A DNA stretch of 64,000 nucleotides from Bacteroidia bacterium (GCA_026391215.1 JAPLDX010000059.1:1-64000); one strand, 5' to 3'; counted from the first letter of the stretch, positions 10,089-20,248 are shown. The notes: a model not told the origin generated them from the letters alone. A program made the numbers and translations.

Positions 10089-10984
10089 CTTGTCTTATTT
10101 TCTGTACAACAGGGAACCTCTTTCTCCTGATTTTTAATCATTTCCGTAAGCCTTACAGCCTGCACCGCTTCTCTTACATCATGTACCCTCAGGATATCAG
10201 CACCCTTCATCAGGGCGATCGTATTTAATACTGTAGTACCGTTAAGCGCTTCATCCGGATTAATGTCAAGTGTTTTCCAGATCATTGTCTTACGCGAGAC
10301 ACCTACGAGCAAGGGTAATCCGGTGACAGAGAAATCGCCAAGACGGTCAAGAATATCAAAATTATGTTTTATGGTTTTCCCGAAACCGAATCCTGGATCA
10401 AGGATTATATCCTTCACTCCTGCGGATTGCAGACGTACAATCTTATTTCCAAACCATTTCAGGATATCTGCGACAACATCATCATAAACTGGATTGTTCT
10501 GCATGTTTTCCGGCATACCTTTCATATGCATCATTATATACGGTACATTCAGATCCTGAACTACACTGAACATGTTTTTATCAGCCTCTCCTCCCGAAAT
10601 ATCGTTTATTATCCCGGCTCCGCAGGAGGTAACTGCCTCATAAGCTATTTCCGCCCTGAAAGTATCGATAGACAGTATTGCATCAGGGAATTCAGTATGT
10701 ATGAGTCTTATAGCTTTGAGAACCCTCGCTTTCTCCTCTTCAGGAGTAACTTTTGCGGCACCGGGACGGGAGGAATAGCCACCTATATCCAGCATATCTG
10801 CTCCGTCTTCAATCATCCCCTTTGCAATCCTGAGTATCTCCTTTTCATCAGTCACCCTGCTGCCCTTATAAAATGAGTCAGGAGTAATGTTTAGTATTCC
10901 CATTACTTTTGGAATACGGAGATCCATCAGCTTTCCTGCAACGTTTATGTATTCCGGCTTGTTAAGCATTCCATTTTTAAACAT
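10085..10984 (-). CDS. folP: Dihydropteroate synthase
   Basis: MGILNITPDSF, DIGGYSSRPGA, DPGFGFGK, GVSRK, ILRVHDV. Confidence 0.97.
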   Translation of the reverse strand: MFKNGMLNKPEYINVAGKLMDLRIPKVMGILNITPDSFYKGSRVTDEKEILRIAKGMIEDGADMLDIGGYSSRPGAAKVTPEEEKARVLKAIRLIHTEFPDAILSIDTFRAEIAYEAVTSCGAGIINDISGGEADKNMFSVVQDLNVPYIMMHMKGMPENMQNNPVYDDVVADILKWFGNKIVRLQSAGVKDIILDPGFGFGKTIKHNFDILDRLGDFSVTGLPLLVGVSRKTMIWKTLDINPDEALNGTTVLNTIALMKGADILRVHDVREAVQAVRLTEMIKNQEKEVPCCTENKTR

Positions 10985-11033
10985 CCGAAATTAACTAAAT
11001 TATTTTTAGTTTTCATCTTTGCTTAAGGCTTAT

Positions 11034-11041
11034 TACATTTG
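11034..11041 (+). promoter_or_regulatory. -7 promoter box for tmk-BT_3928-tpiA
   Basis: TACATTTG, 22 nt before ATG 11064. Confidence 0.5.
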
Positions 11042-11063
11042 TACTGAAGGCAAATATCCAGAC

Positions 11064-11750
11064 ATGAAGCTTTTTGTAGTTGAAGGACTTGACGGAGCGG
11101 GTAAATCGACACAGATCAGATTACTGAAGGAATTCTTTTCCCGGAAAGGCTATAACTGTGAATATCTTCACTTTCCAAGAACCGATACTCCATATTTCGG
11201 AGAACTTATCGCAAGGTTCCTCAGGGGTGAATTCGGATCGCTCAACGAAGTCAGTCCCTGGCTTGTAGCAATGATATATGCAGGCGACAGGAAAGATGCT
11301 TCAGGCATTATCGACGGCTGGCTGAAAAAAGGGAATATAGTTCTTCTTGACAGATACACTTATTCAAATATTGCATACCAGTGTGCTAAAATCAAGGATC
11401 TGAAAGAACAGGATGACCTTATGAAATGGATCCTTGATCTTGAATTCGGACATTTCGGGATCCCCCGCCCCGATCTTAATATCTTCCTTGATGTGCCATT
11501 TTCATTCACTGAAAAGAAATTGCTGTCATCAAGAACGGGAAAAGACCGGGATTATCTTAACGGGACAAAGGATATACACGAGGAATCACTTGCTTTCCAG
11601 AGGAAAGTAAGGGAAATATACATTAAGGTCTCAGAGGCTGATAAGCACCTCTGTATAGTAAATTGCAGCGATACAAATGGGAAAATGATGCCACCGGAGC
11701 ATATTTTTAGTCTGATTATCAAGATATTAACTGAAAATAAGCTTTTATGA
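11064..11750 (+). CDS. tmk: Thymidylate kinase
   Basis: EGLDGAGKSTQ P-loop, LLDRYTYSNIAYQ, PRPDLNIFLDV; start at ATG 11064. Confidence 0.92.
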   Translation: MKLFVVEGLDGAGKSTQIRLLKEFFSRKGYNCEYLHFPRTDTPYFGELIARFLRGEFGSLNEVSPWLVAMIYAGDRKDASGIIDGWLKKGNIVLLDRYTYSNIAYQCAKIKDLKEQDDLMKWILDLEFGHFGIPRPDLNIFLDVPFSFTEKKLLSSRTGKDRDYLNGTKDIHEESLAFQRKVREIYIKVSEADKHLCIVNCSDTNGKMMPPEHIFSLIIKILTENKLL

Positions 11751-11751
11751 T

Positions 11752-12861
11752 ATGAAGCTATTAAGAATCCTGAGCAGAATAATAATCGGAACTGTTTTCA
11801 TCTTTTCGGGAACTGTCAAAGCCATTGACCCTCTGGGATTCGCATATAAACTGCAGGATTACTTTCAGGCATTTAATCTTGATTTCCTGAAAAATATCAG
11901 CCTCCTGGCCGCAATTCTTCTTTGCGCCATTGAATTTATTGCAGGGTTTTGCGTTTTATTCAATATCCGGCAGAAGATCGGCGTCTGGATAGTATTGATC
12001 ATGATGATAATATTTACTCCGCTCACGTTCATCCTTGCACTGACAAACCCTGTTTCGGACTGCGGTTGCTTTGGTGATGCAATACACCTTACCAACTGGC
12101 AAACCTTTTTCAAGAACATAATATTACTGATACCAGCCATATTCCTGTTCGTAACACACAACAGAATCATTCCCCATCTTGGGATCACCAGGGAATATGT
12201 TATCCTTTCAATAATGCTTGTTTTCTTCTTTTTGTTTAGCTTCTACAACCTGAGGTATCTGCCTGTCATTGACTTCCTGCCATATAAAACAGGGACCTAT
12301 ATACCTGATAAGATGGTTATTCCGGAAGGAACCCCTGTTGATAAATACGAAACTACATTCATATATGAAAAGGATGGACAGGCAAAGGAATTTACCCTGG
12401 ATAATTATCCTGCTGACGATACAGCATGGAAATTTGTTGAACAGAAATCAGTCCTCATATCTCATGGTTACCAGCCTCCTGTACATGATCTCACGATGGT
12501 TTCAATGCATGGTGATGACCTGACGCAGAATATATTATCATCAGAAAAGCCTGTCTTTCTTATGATCTCCAGGAAACTTGAGAATGTTGATCAGGAATTG
12601 CTGAGAAAAGGATTTGAGCTTGGATACTGGTGCATGGGAAATATAACTGACTTTTACATTTTAACAGCCTCAGGAGCAGATGAAGTCAGAAAATTCAATA
12701 ATGGACTCACATTCTGCTTCACTGATGAAACCACTCTTAAAACCATGATAAGATCAAATCCCGGCTATATCCTTTTGAAAAAAGGCACTGTAGATGGCAA
12801 GTGGTCATGGGCAAATGTTCCTGAAAAAGAAGAGTTAAGTAAACTGATAAACGCACAATAA
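11752..12861 (+). CDS. BT_3928-family (DoxX/MauE-like) membrane protein with periplasmic domain
   Basis: FIFSGTVKAIDPLG, PVSDCGCFGDA, LKTMIRSNPG; directly upstream of tpiA. Confidence 0.88.
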   Translation: MKLLRILSRIIIGTVFIFSGTVKAIDPLGFAYKLQDYFQAFNLDFLKNISLLAAILLCAIEFIAGFCVLFNIRQKIGVWIVLIMMIIFTPLTFILALTNPVSDCGCFGDAIHLTNWQTFFKNIILLIPAIFLFVTHNRIIPHLGITREYVILSIMLVFFFLFSFYNLRYLPVIDFLPYKTGTYIPDKMVIPEGTPVDKYETTFIYEKDGQAKEFTLDNYPADDTAWKFVEQKSVLISHGYQPPVHDLTMVSMHGDDLTQNILSSEKPVFLMISRKLENVDQELLRKGFELGYWCMGNITDFYILTASGADEVRKFNNGLTFCFTDETTLKTMIRSNPGYILLKKGTVDGKWSWANVPEKEELSKLINAQ

Positions 12862-12882
12862 TTACAACTTAATACATTATTT

Positions 12883-13641
12883 ATGAGAAAGAAAATCGTC
12901 GCCGGTAACTGGAAAATGAATATGAACCTGGAGGAAGGACTATTATTCGCTAAATCTGTTAACCAGTATTTCATGGAAAAACCTTCGGGTAAAGCAGAAG
13001 TGATCCTATGCACTCCATTTATCCACCTTTCGGGAATCTCGGAAATTCTGAATAAGGGGAAAATGACATTTGGGGCTCAAAACTGTGCATCTGAACCATC
13101 CGGCGCTTATACAGGAGAGGTCTCTGCAATGATGATCAAAAGTACGGGTGCCGAATATGTAATTATCGGTCATTCCGAGAGGAGATCTTTTTATCATGAG
13201 GATGACAGGCTTCTTAATAAGAAAACCATCCTTGCTCTAAACAGCGGTTTAAAGGTCATTTTCTGCTGTGGCGAAGTAAAAGGAGAGAGAGAAGAAGGGA
13301 AGCATTTCATTGTAGTCAAACGCCAGCTGGAGGAAGGATTGTTCACTCTTCCTACTGAAGAAATGGAAAAGGTAGTAATTGCATATGAACCTGTATGGGC
13401 AATAGGTACCGGGTTAACTGCAACCCCCGACCAGGCACAGGAAATGCATAAGTACATACGCAGTCTTGTCAGGGAAAAATATGGAAAAGAGTGTGCAGAA
13501 ATACTTACTATCCTTTATGGCGGTAGCTGCAAACCTTCAAATGCACAGGAGATATTTTCAAAACCCGATGTCGATGGCGGACTTATCGGTGGCGCATCAC
13601 TCAAAAAAGAAGATTTTGTTGCTATTGTTGAAGCTATTTAA
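12883..13641 (+). CDS. tpiA: Triosephosphate isomerase
   Basis: AGNWKMN, IGHSERR, IAYEPVWAIGTG, YGGS, DGGLIGGAS. Confidence 0.98.
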   Translation: MRKKIVAGNWKMNMNLEEGLLFAKSVNQYFMEKPSGKAEVILCTPFIHLSGISEILNKGKMTFGAQNCASEPSGAYTGEVSAMMIKSTGAEYVIIGHSERRSFYHEDDRLLNKKTILALNSGLKVIFCCGEVKGEREEGKHFIVVKRQLEEGLFTLPTEEMEKVVIAYEPVWAIGTGLTATPDQAQEMHKYIRSLVREKYGKECAEILTILYGGSCKPSNAQEIFSKPDVDGGLIGGASLKKEDFVAIVEAI

Positions 13642-13700
13642 CCCACCAACCCCCCTGAAGGGGGGGCTAAGTATCAATATCTATTTAGCTCTCCATCAGG
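13642..13700. repeat. REP/REPIN-like palindromic element, copy 1 (one intact arm, one decayed arm)
   Basis: CCCACCAACCCCCCTGAAGGGGGGGCTA right after the tpiA stop; decayed inverse arm TAGCTCTCCATCAGG at 13686-13700. Confidence 0.75.
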
Positions 13701-13726
13701 ACATTAATGAATAGTAAAACAAGATT

Positions 13727-16700
13727 ATGTTAAAAAAACTGGTCTTCATAAGTTTCATTTTGCTGGCAATTCCCCCTGCTCAGTTGTTTTCACAGGTAAA
13801 ATCGCCTTTTACAGGTGATCCTGCCAAATACAGGGACGAACTGACCCTGTTCATGGGCCCAAACCTGAATGATGTGCAGAAAGACAACATGAAAACATTC
13901 CTTGCTGCATGGGACAGTTCATCCTTCAACAGGGAAAACATGACAAGAATAATTGATATCTCAAGCCAGTTTTCGGCCAGGTCAATGAGACCTGTCCCCC
14001 ACTTTAATGATTTCTTCCTTACAATTAAAGCATTCAACGAAAAAGAAAACCAGGGAGAGATCCTTGGTAACTGGCTTACCGGACTCAGTGAAACATTGTT
14101 CAATCCAAGGTTTTCCACTGACAGGATCGCCAGGTATATCAAGAATACCGGGCTTATGATAAGAGACAATATCCTTTCAGAATCAACAACTGTCAGATGG
14201 AAAGTAAAAGAGAGTCCCCTTGAATTCCTGCATGACACTGTGTTTTATGTAGAGGTATCCAATGCCACACTCACCTGTTACTCTCAGAAGGACAGTACAG
14301 AAATATATAATGCTTCAGGTTATTATTTCCCTGAGATTATGCAATTCCATGGCAAGAAAGGCACTATAACATGGGAAAAGGCAGGTTATGCAAGAGGGGA
14401 TGTATTTGCCGAGATTGAAAATTATGTCATCAACCTGACCAAGAACAATTTCACTATTGATTCTGCAAAGCTTACCCATAAAACATATTTTAAAACGCCT
14501 GTCTATGGTGTGCTTTCCGACCAGTCAACAACTTTCAAAAATAAGGAGAGAGCAAATTTCCCGCGATTTGAAACATCTATAAAAGAATTCAGGCTGGAGA
14601 ATATTTATGAAGGTGTCAATTATGAAGGAGGCCTCACTTTCGAAGGAGCTACAGTGAAAGGTGCAGGAACACAGCTCATGCCGGCAAAAATCACACTTTT
14701 CAGGAATGATACGCTTTACCTGAAAATACGCTCTGATGAATTCATCTTCTCAAAGACAGGCCTTAACAGCGCTGAAACTACCATATCTCTATATCTTGAT
14801 AATGATTCAATTTTTAATTCAAACCTGGGATTTTCATATAATGCCGAGATGAGACAGGTTAATCTTTTCAGCGGTAATAATCCTGTGTCCAAAAGTCCAT
14901 ATTTTGACTCCTTCCATAATATGGACATGTATTTTGAATACCTGTCATGGGATATGAAAGGCTCAAAAATAACTCTTTCCAGGGCAAGAGGTGCCGCCCT
15001 GGGACAGGCACAATTTGAATCCACATCATTCTTTGATGCCAACTACTTTATGCGTCTTGCAGGAATTGATGAAACCCATCCCCTGGTAAGGCTTAAAAAG
15101 TTTGCAGAATGGTATTATTCAGAGACATTTCCTGTTGAGGAATTTGCAAAATGGCTCAACAGACCAGTTGAAGCTGTCACTGCAATGTGTATTGACATGG
15201 CCAACAGGGGTTTTGTGTTCTATGACCGCAAGTACAATGAAATAACACTAAAGGATAAAGTTGATGATTTCCTTGATTCCTTTGCCAGGAAGAAGGATTA
15301 TGATGTGCTGAGCATTTTGAGCGAGACAAGCGCCCCGCTCGATAATGCAATCCTGGACCTCAGGAATTTCCGCCTTACAGTAAACGGCGTTACCGGAATC
15401 TACCTGAGCGACTCACAACGGGTTGTAATTTATCCCTATAAAAAACAAGTGGTGATAGGGAAAAACAGGAGCATGGAATTTGACGGTGTTGTGGAAGCAG
15501 GACTCTTCACAGTTTTTGGCCATAACTTTTCATTCAGCTATGATACTTTTAAAATAAGGCTTGAAAAGATCGATTCCATCAGAATAGCAGTCGAAACTGA
15601 GAAAAAAGATGAATATGGAAATCCAATAATCAAAGATGTGGACAACCTGATTCAAATGGGCACAGCAGAGCTCTATATTGATGACCCGAACAATAAGTCG
15701 GGACTAAAAAGCCTTAAGCAATATCCAATAATAAATGCCGTGACATTCTCCTATATCTTTTTTGATAAGTTACCAGGACTTGAAGGTGTATATCCTCAGG
15801 GGGATTTTTACTTTAAGATCGATCCATTCACCTATGAGAATATTGACCACTACTCTAACGAAGATATGAACCTGGTTGGTGAATTTGTTGCCGGAAACAT
15901 ACTTAAGCCTACACGCCAGTACCTTACTATCCAGGAGAACAATTCCCTGGGTTTTAATATGATGATCCCTGCAGAGGGTATTGAAGTTTACGGGGCAAAA
16001 GGAATTCTCTACGAAAATATCAGTTTGAGCAATAAAGGGCTTATTGGCAGCGGTTCCCTGAAACACCTGACATCCACAACTGAATCCGACAAATTTAAAT
16101 TCTTCCCTGATTCAATGATTACACAAGCCAGCACCTTTGATATCGATAAAAATGGCGGTGTAATATTCCCATACACAAATGCTGAAGATGTTAAAGTAAA
16201 ATGGCTTACCAGAAAAGATGAGTGGCTGGCTTCCAATGCCCCTGGTAAGACCTTTGACATGTTTGAGAACGGGACAAAGCTGGATGGAACTTTAACACTC
16301 ACACCATCTGTCCTTAAAGGATCTGGTATAATCAATACTACGGATTCCAGAATCACTTCTGACCTTTTTAGCTTTGCAACCAGCCAGATAAAAGCAGATA
16401 CTTCGGATTATAACCTTAAATCATCTTCAACCAGCGGTTATGCTTTCATTGCAGAGAATGTCAGGACAGACATTAATTTTGACCTCCAGATGACGCAATT
16501 CCATCTTAACACAGACACCTCAGTCGTAAAATTCCCGGAAATCCAATATATCTGTACCATGACAGATTTTACCTATAACATGGGAACCAAGGTGCTGGAT
16601 ATGGAACAAAAAGGCAAGAAAGAGACAGAACTTCTACCGCCGGATAAGCTTCTCGCACTGGATCTCTTAAGTCTTGACAAGCCGACTTTCTTTGCAACAA

Positions 16701-18211
16701 ATGTTATCAATGACACAATTTCTTTCTCTTCCTGGAAAGGGAGGTATCACCTTAATGAAGAATATATTGAGGCTGAGAACATAAATTATATTCCAATTGC
16801 CGATGCACTTATCCAGCCTGAAAAAGGTAAGATAATCATTAACAGGAGGGCAAAAATACAACAATTGCAGAATGCGGTGATTGCAGTCAACAACAGGCAT
16901 ATTCTGCACACGGCAAAAATTGATATTGAATCAACAAAACGGTACTACGGAAGCGCAATTTATGATTATGTTGATGAAAATAAGGATATCCAGCAGATAA
17001 TCTTTCCTGAAGTCACAGTCGACACGCTTATAACAAGCGCAAGAGGCTATATACCTGTAAGTCAAAATTTTATGCTTAGTCCTGATTTTACTTTTTCAGG
17101 CGATGTCAACCTCTATGCAGCAAAGGATATGCTCTCCTTCACGGGTTCAGCGGGCATAATTCATAACTGCAATGAACTTGTCAGCTATCCCGTCAAGTTC
17201 AAATCATATATTGATCCTAAGAATGTTATGATCCCTATTGCCGAGAAACCGCGTGATGCAAATGATAATATGGTATTCTCGGGTACATTTATAAATATTG
17301 ATTCGATACATGTTTATCCGGCTTTCCTTTCATACCAGAAGTCCTGGACCGATGCAGACCTGGTAAGCTCACAGGGATTCCTTTATTTTGAAAAAGCAAA
17401 AAGCAGGTACGTTATAACTTCCCGTGAAAAGCTTGCCGATCAGAGCCTCCATGGCAATATGATTGCATACGACCGTAATTACTGCATATTGTCAAGTGAA
17501 GGCAACCTCAATTTCGGCACAAATTACGACCTTGTTAAAATGACAAGCGCCGGAAAAGTGATACACTCTCTTGATTCAGGTGATGTTAATATTGATGCTA
17601 TCCTGGCTTTTGATTTTTATTTTTCACCTGAGGCTTTGAAAATGATGAGCGATGAAATCAGGATGGTGCCTACGCTGAAGCCTGTGAACCTTAACAGTGA
17701 AAATTATATCAAGGGAATGAAAAACCTTTTGGGAGAAGCTGCCGCAACACAGATGAAAGAAGAGCTTGATCTGTTTGGAACATCAAAGAACCTGCCCAAA
17801 GAATTTAATTTTGAGCTGTTGCTGAACGATGTGAAGCTTTACTGGAATGAATCCTCATCTACATTCAGGTCTGAAGGGAAAATAGGCATCGGATTCATAG
17901 GAACCCAGCCGGTCAATGTCTATGTCGATGGATTCATTGAGATCCAGCGCAGAAGATCCGGCGACATGTTTGATATTTATCTTAAGGCCGATGAATCAAC
18001 ATGGTACTATTTTTCCTACATAAGAGGAAATATGATGACACAAGCATATAATATAAACTATAACACACTGATATCCACGATAAAACAGAATCTCAGGAAA
18101 CATCCTGACTCATCAGTCAGGACACCATATACATATATGATAGCTGTTGAAGACAGGCTGGGAAGATTCCTTGAGAGGATGACCGGTATCGATAATGCCA
18201 TGAATCCCTGA
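13727..18211 (+). CDS. Large (1494 aa) exported beta-rich hypothetical protein with internal repeats
   Basis: Signal peptide ending FS-Q, uninterrupted 4.5-kb ORF, repeated beta-strand motifs. Confidence 0.85.
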   Translation: MLKKLVFISFILLAIPPAQLFSQVKSPFTGDPAKYRDELTLFMGPNLNDVQKDNMKTFLAAWDSSSFNRENMTRIIDISSQFSARSMRPVPHFNDFFLTIKAFNEKENQGEILGNWLTGLSETLFNPRFSTDRIARYIKNTGLMIRDNILSESTTVRWKVKESPLEFLHDTVFYVEVSNATLTCYSQKDSTEIYNASGYYFPEIMQFHGKKGTITWEKAGYARGDVFAEIENYVINLTKNNFTIDSAKLTHKTYFKTPVYGVLSDQSTTFKNKERANFPRFETSIKEFRLENIYEGVNYEGGLTFEGATVKGAGTQLMPAKITLFRNDTLYLKIRSDEFIFSKTGLNSAETTISLYLDNDSIFNSNLGFSYNAEMRQVNLFSGNNPVSKSPYFDSFHNMDMYFEYLSWDMKGSKITLSRARGAALGQAQFESTSFFDANYFMRLAGIDETHPLVRLKKFAEWYYSETFPVEEFAKWLNRPVEAVTAMCIDMANRGFVFYDRKYNEITLKDKVDDFLDSFARKKDYDVLSILSETSAPLDNAILDLRNFRLTVNGVTGIYLSDSQRVVIYPYKKQVVIGKNRSMEFDGVVEAGLFTVFGHNFSFSYDTFKIRLEKIDSIRIAVETEKKDEYGNPIIKDVDNLIQMGTAELYIDDPNNKSGLKSLKQYPIINAVTFSYIFFDKLPGLEGVYPQGDFYFKIDPFTYENIDHYSNEDMNLVGEFVAGNILKPTRQYLTIQENNSLGFNMMIPAEGIEVYGAKGILYENISLSNKGLIGSGSLKHLTSTTESDKFKFFPDSMITQASTFDIDKNGGVIFPYTNAEDVKVKWLTRKDEWLASNAPGKTFDMFENGTKLDGTLTLTPSVLKGSGIINTTDSRITSDLFSFATSQIKADTSDYNLKSSSTSGYAFIAENVRTDINFDLQMTQFHLNTDTSVVKFPEIQYICTMTDFTYNMGTKVLDMEQKGKKETELLPPDKLLALDLLSLDKPTFFATNVINDTISFSSWKGRYHLNEEYIEAENINYIPIADALIQPEKGKIIINRRAKIQQLQNAVIAVNNRHILHTAKIDIESTKRYYGSAIYDYVDENKDIQQIIFPEVTVDTLITSARGYIPVSQNFMLSPDFTFSGDVNLYAAKDMLSFTGSAGIIHNCNELVSYPVKFKSYIDPKNVMIPIAEKPRDANDNMVFSGTFINIDSIHVYPAFLSYQKSWTDADLVSSQGFLYFEKAKSRYVITSREKLADQSLHGNMIAYDRNYCILSSEGNLNFGTNYDLVKMTSAGKVIHSLDSGDVNIDAILAFDFYFSPEALKMMSDEIRMVPTLKPVNLNSENYIKGMKNLLGEAAATQMKEELDLFGTSKNLPKEFNFELLLNDVKLYWNESSSTFRSEGKIGIGFIGTQPVNVYVDGFIEIQRRRSGDMFDIYLKADESTWYYFSYIRGNMMTQAYNINYNTLISTIKQNLRKHPDSSVRTPYTYMIAVEDRLGRFLERMTGIDNAMNP

Positions 18212-18229
18212 AACCAATAAAATTTCACT

Positions 18230-18934
18230 ATGCAGGTATTTTACGCTCCTGATATAACCGGTGATACTCATACCCTGGATGATAAGGAATCAAAACACCT
18301 GATTAGGGTTTTGAGGATGAAGAAAGGAACTCCTGTCAGTCTGATTGACGGAAAAGGCAATTTGTATGATGGAGAGATAGCTGATCCTGATCCAAAAAAA
18401 TGCATAATACAGATAAAGTCTGTGCTCAAGGGCTTTGAAAAGAGAAATTACAGGCTCCATATTGCAATCTCACCATTAAAGAATCCTGAAAGGTTTGAGT
18501 GGTTTGTAGAAAAAAGTGTTGAGATCGGAATTGATGAGATTACACCTTTGATCTGCAGGAACACTGAAAAGAAGGGTTTAAAAACCGAGAGGATAAGGAA
18601 CATTATTATCTCGGCAATGAAACAATCGCTGAAGTCATATGAGACCAGGCTGAACCAGATGAGGAGTTTCAGTGAATTCATCAGCGAAGCTCATGCCGGG
18701 AAGCTGATGATAGCGCACTGTCACGAGGGAACAGGCAGGAGTAAGATTGCCGAGGTTTGTTCAAAGGGTGAGGATGCAGTAATTATGATAGGTCCTGAAG
18801 GTGATTTTTCGAAGGAGGAGATTGAGGATGCAATGAGTAATAATTTTACTCAGATCCATTTAGGGTCCAGCAGGCTGAGAACAGAAACGGCAGGCGTAGC
18901 CGCCTGCCATTCCATATACTTTATCAACCAGTAA
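18230..18934 (+). CDS. rsmE: 16S rRNA m3U1498 methyltransferase
   Basis: HLIRVLR, EKSVEIG, IGPEGDFS, LGSSRLRTETA. Confidence 0.95.
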   Translation: MQVFYAPDITGDTHTLDDKESKHLIRVLRMKKGTPVSLIDGKGNLYDGEIADPDPKKCIIQIKSVLKGFEKRNYRLHIAISPLKNPERFEWFVEKSVEIGIDEITPLICRNTEKKGLKTERIRNIIISAMKQSLKSYETRLNQMRSFSEFISEAHAGKLMIAHCHEGTGRSKIAEVCSKGEDAVIMIGPEGDFSKEEIEDAMSNNFTQIHLGSSRLRTETAGVAACHSIYFINQ

Positions 18935-18943
18935 ACATTTCTG

Positions 18944-19156
18944 TTAGCTGGTGAAGAAATCAAGCACATCGCCCAGTTGTTTGGAAGGCACATTGTAGAA
19001 TTCCGTGTATTTGCAGTCATTGCAGGTAACAGATGAGAACCTCCTGTTTTGAATATCGAAAATCTTGGCAAGGAAACTGCCAGCAGCTCTAATCTCACCT
19101 GTCGTACAGAGTTTCCCTCCGCATTTGGGACAACTGTATTTAATTGGTTTGTTCAT
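18944..19156 (-). CDS. Small zinc-ribbon protein (PF09855-like)
   Basis: CPKC...[10 protein letters not shown]...[10 protein letters not shown]; likely start at ATG 19156. Confidence 0.8.
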   Translation of the reverse strand: MNKPIKYSCPKCGGKLCTTGEIRAAGSFLAKIFDIQNRRFSSVTCNDCKYTEFYNVPSKQLGDVLDFFTS

Positions 19157-19334
19157 TTTCTGAGACATTTGTGTTTTCAGTTCTGGTTTTCCATCTGCCC
19201 GATTTCCGAAGAGCCTGATCAAGTATATACTCAATCTGTCCATTGGTGCTACGGAATTCATCAGCTGCCCACTTCTCCAGTGCCTTCAGCTTCTCCTGGC
19301 TTATCCTGAGAACAAATGGTTTCTTTTCACTCAT
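19140..19334 (-). CDS. Arc-family ribbon-helix-helix DNA-binding protein
   Basis: KKPFVLRI...[20 protein letters not shown]; starts just after the SPFH stop. Confidence 0.88.
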   Translation of the reverse strand: MSEKKPFVLRISQEKLKALEKWAADEFRSTNGQIEYILDQALRKSGRWKTRTENTNVSENEQTN

Positions 19335-19335
19335 A

Positions 19336-20190
19336 TTAAGAATGTAAAGTACCTGCATTTACTATTGGTGTAACATCTTTATCTGCGCAGAGAACAACCA
19401 TCAGGTTGCTGACCATAGCAGCTTTCCTCTCTTCATCAAGGTGTACTATTTTCTTGTCTGAGAGCTGCTCAAGAGCCATCTGAACCATGGAAACAGCGCC
19501 CTCAACGATTTTGAACCTTGCTGATACAACTGCTGATGCCTGCTGTCTTCTCAACATTGCATTGGCTATCTCCTCAGCATAGGCAATGTAGTTTATCCTT
19601 GCTTCAATAACCTCTATCCCTGCAATCTTGAGCCTGTCACGGATCTCTCTCTCCAGTTCATCATTTATCTCTTCTCCCCCGCTTCTTAAAGCTACAACGG
19701 CATCATGGTCCTCCAGGTTATCATAAGGGTATAAACCTGCAAGTTTTCTGAGTGCAGCATCGCTCTGAACAAGCACAAAATGCTGATAATCATCCACATC
19801 AAATACAGCATTATATGTATTCTGGACTCTCCATACAAGCACAAAACCAATTTTTATCGGATTACCGATCTTATCGTTGACTTTTATGGGCTCGCTGTCA
19901 AAGTTGCGTGCTCTGAGCGATATTTTCCTCTTTGTATAGAAGGGATTCAGCCAGAAGAATCCATTATCTCTTATAGTACCTTTATAGGCCCCGAAAAGAA
20001 CCATTACGCATGATCCGTTCGGATTGACCACTGTGAAACCGATAATGGTAAAAAAGAAGAGAAGAATCAGTACAACACCAAGCCAGATCATATTAAAATA
20101 GAATCCGGCAATTGACCCACAGAGGAACAAAAATGCTGCCACCAGGGCCACATAACCCGAAATGGGTTTCAAAGTAAATTCCTGTTTCAT
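19336..20190 (-). CDS. SPFH/band 7 domain membrane protein
   Basis: Two N-terminal TM segments, [49 protein letters not shown]. Confidence 0.92.
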   Translation of the reverse strand: MKQEFTLKPISGYVALVAAFLFLCGSIAGFYFNMIWLGVVLILLFFFTIIGFTVVNPNGSCVMVLFGAYKGTIRDNGFFWLNPFYTKRKISLRARNFDSEPIKVNDKIGNPIKIGFVLVWRVQNTYNAVFDVDDYQHFVLVQSDAALRKLAGLYPYDNLEDHDAVVALRSGGEEINDELEREIRDRLKIAGIEVIEARINYIAYAEEIANAMLRRQQASAVVSARFKIVEGAVSMVQMALEQLSDKKIVHLDEERKAAMVSNLMVVLCADKDVTPIVNAGTLHS

Positions 20191-20196
20191 TTTATA

Positions 20197-20226
20197 TGAT
20201 ATTAATATGATATCACAAAGATATTA
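20197..20226 (-). promoter_or_regulatory. Promoter plus putative RHH operator of the SPFH-Arc operon
   Basis: TGATATTA (20197), TGATATCA (20208) and AGATATTA (20219) at 11-bp spacing, overlapping a minus-strand TATCTTTG -7 box (20216-20223). Confidence 0.7.
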
Positions 20227-20248
20227 TAATGAATTTTAATAAACAAGA

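Noticed and set aside
13466-13714. 82-aa ORF ending in PPTPLKGGL
   Set aside because: Out-of-frame overlap with tpiA that reads through the repeat
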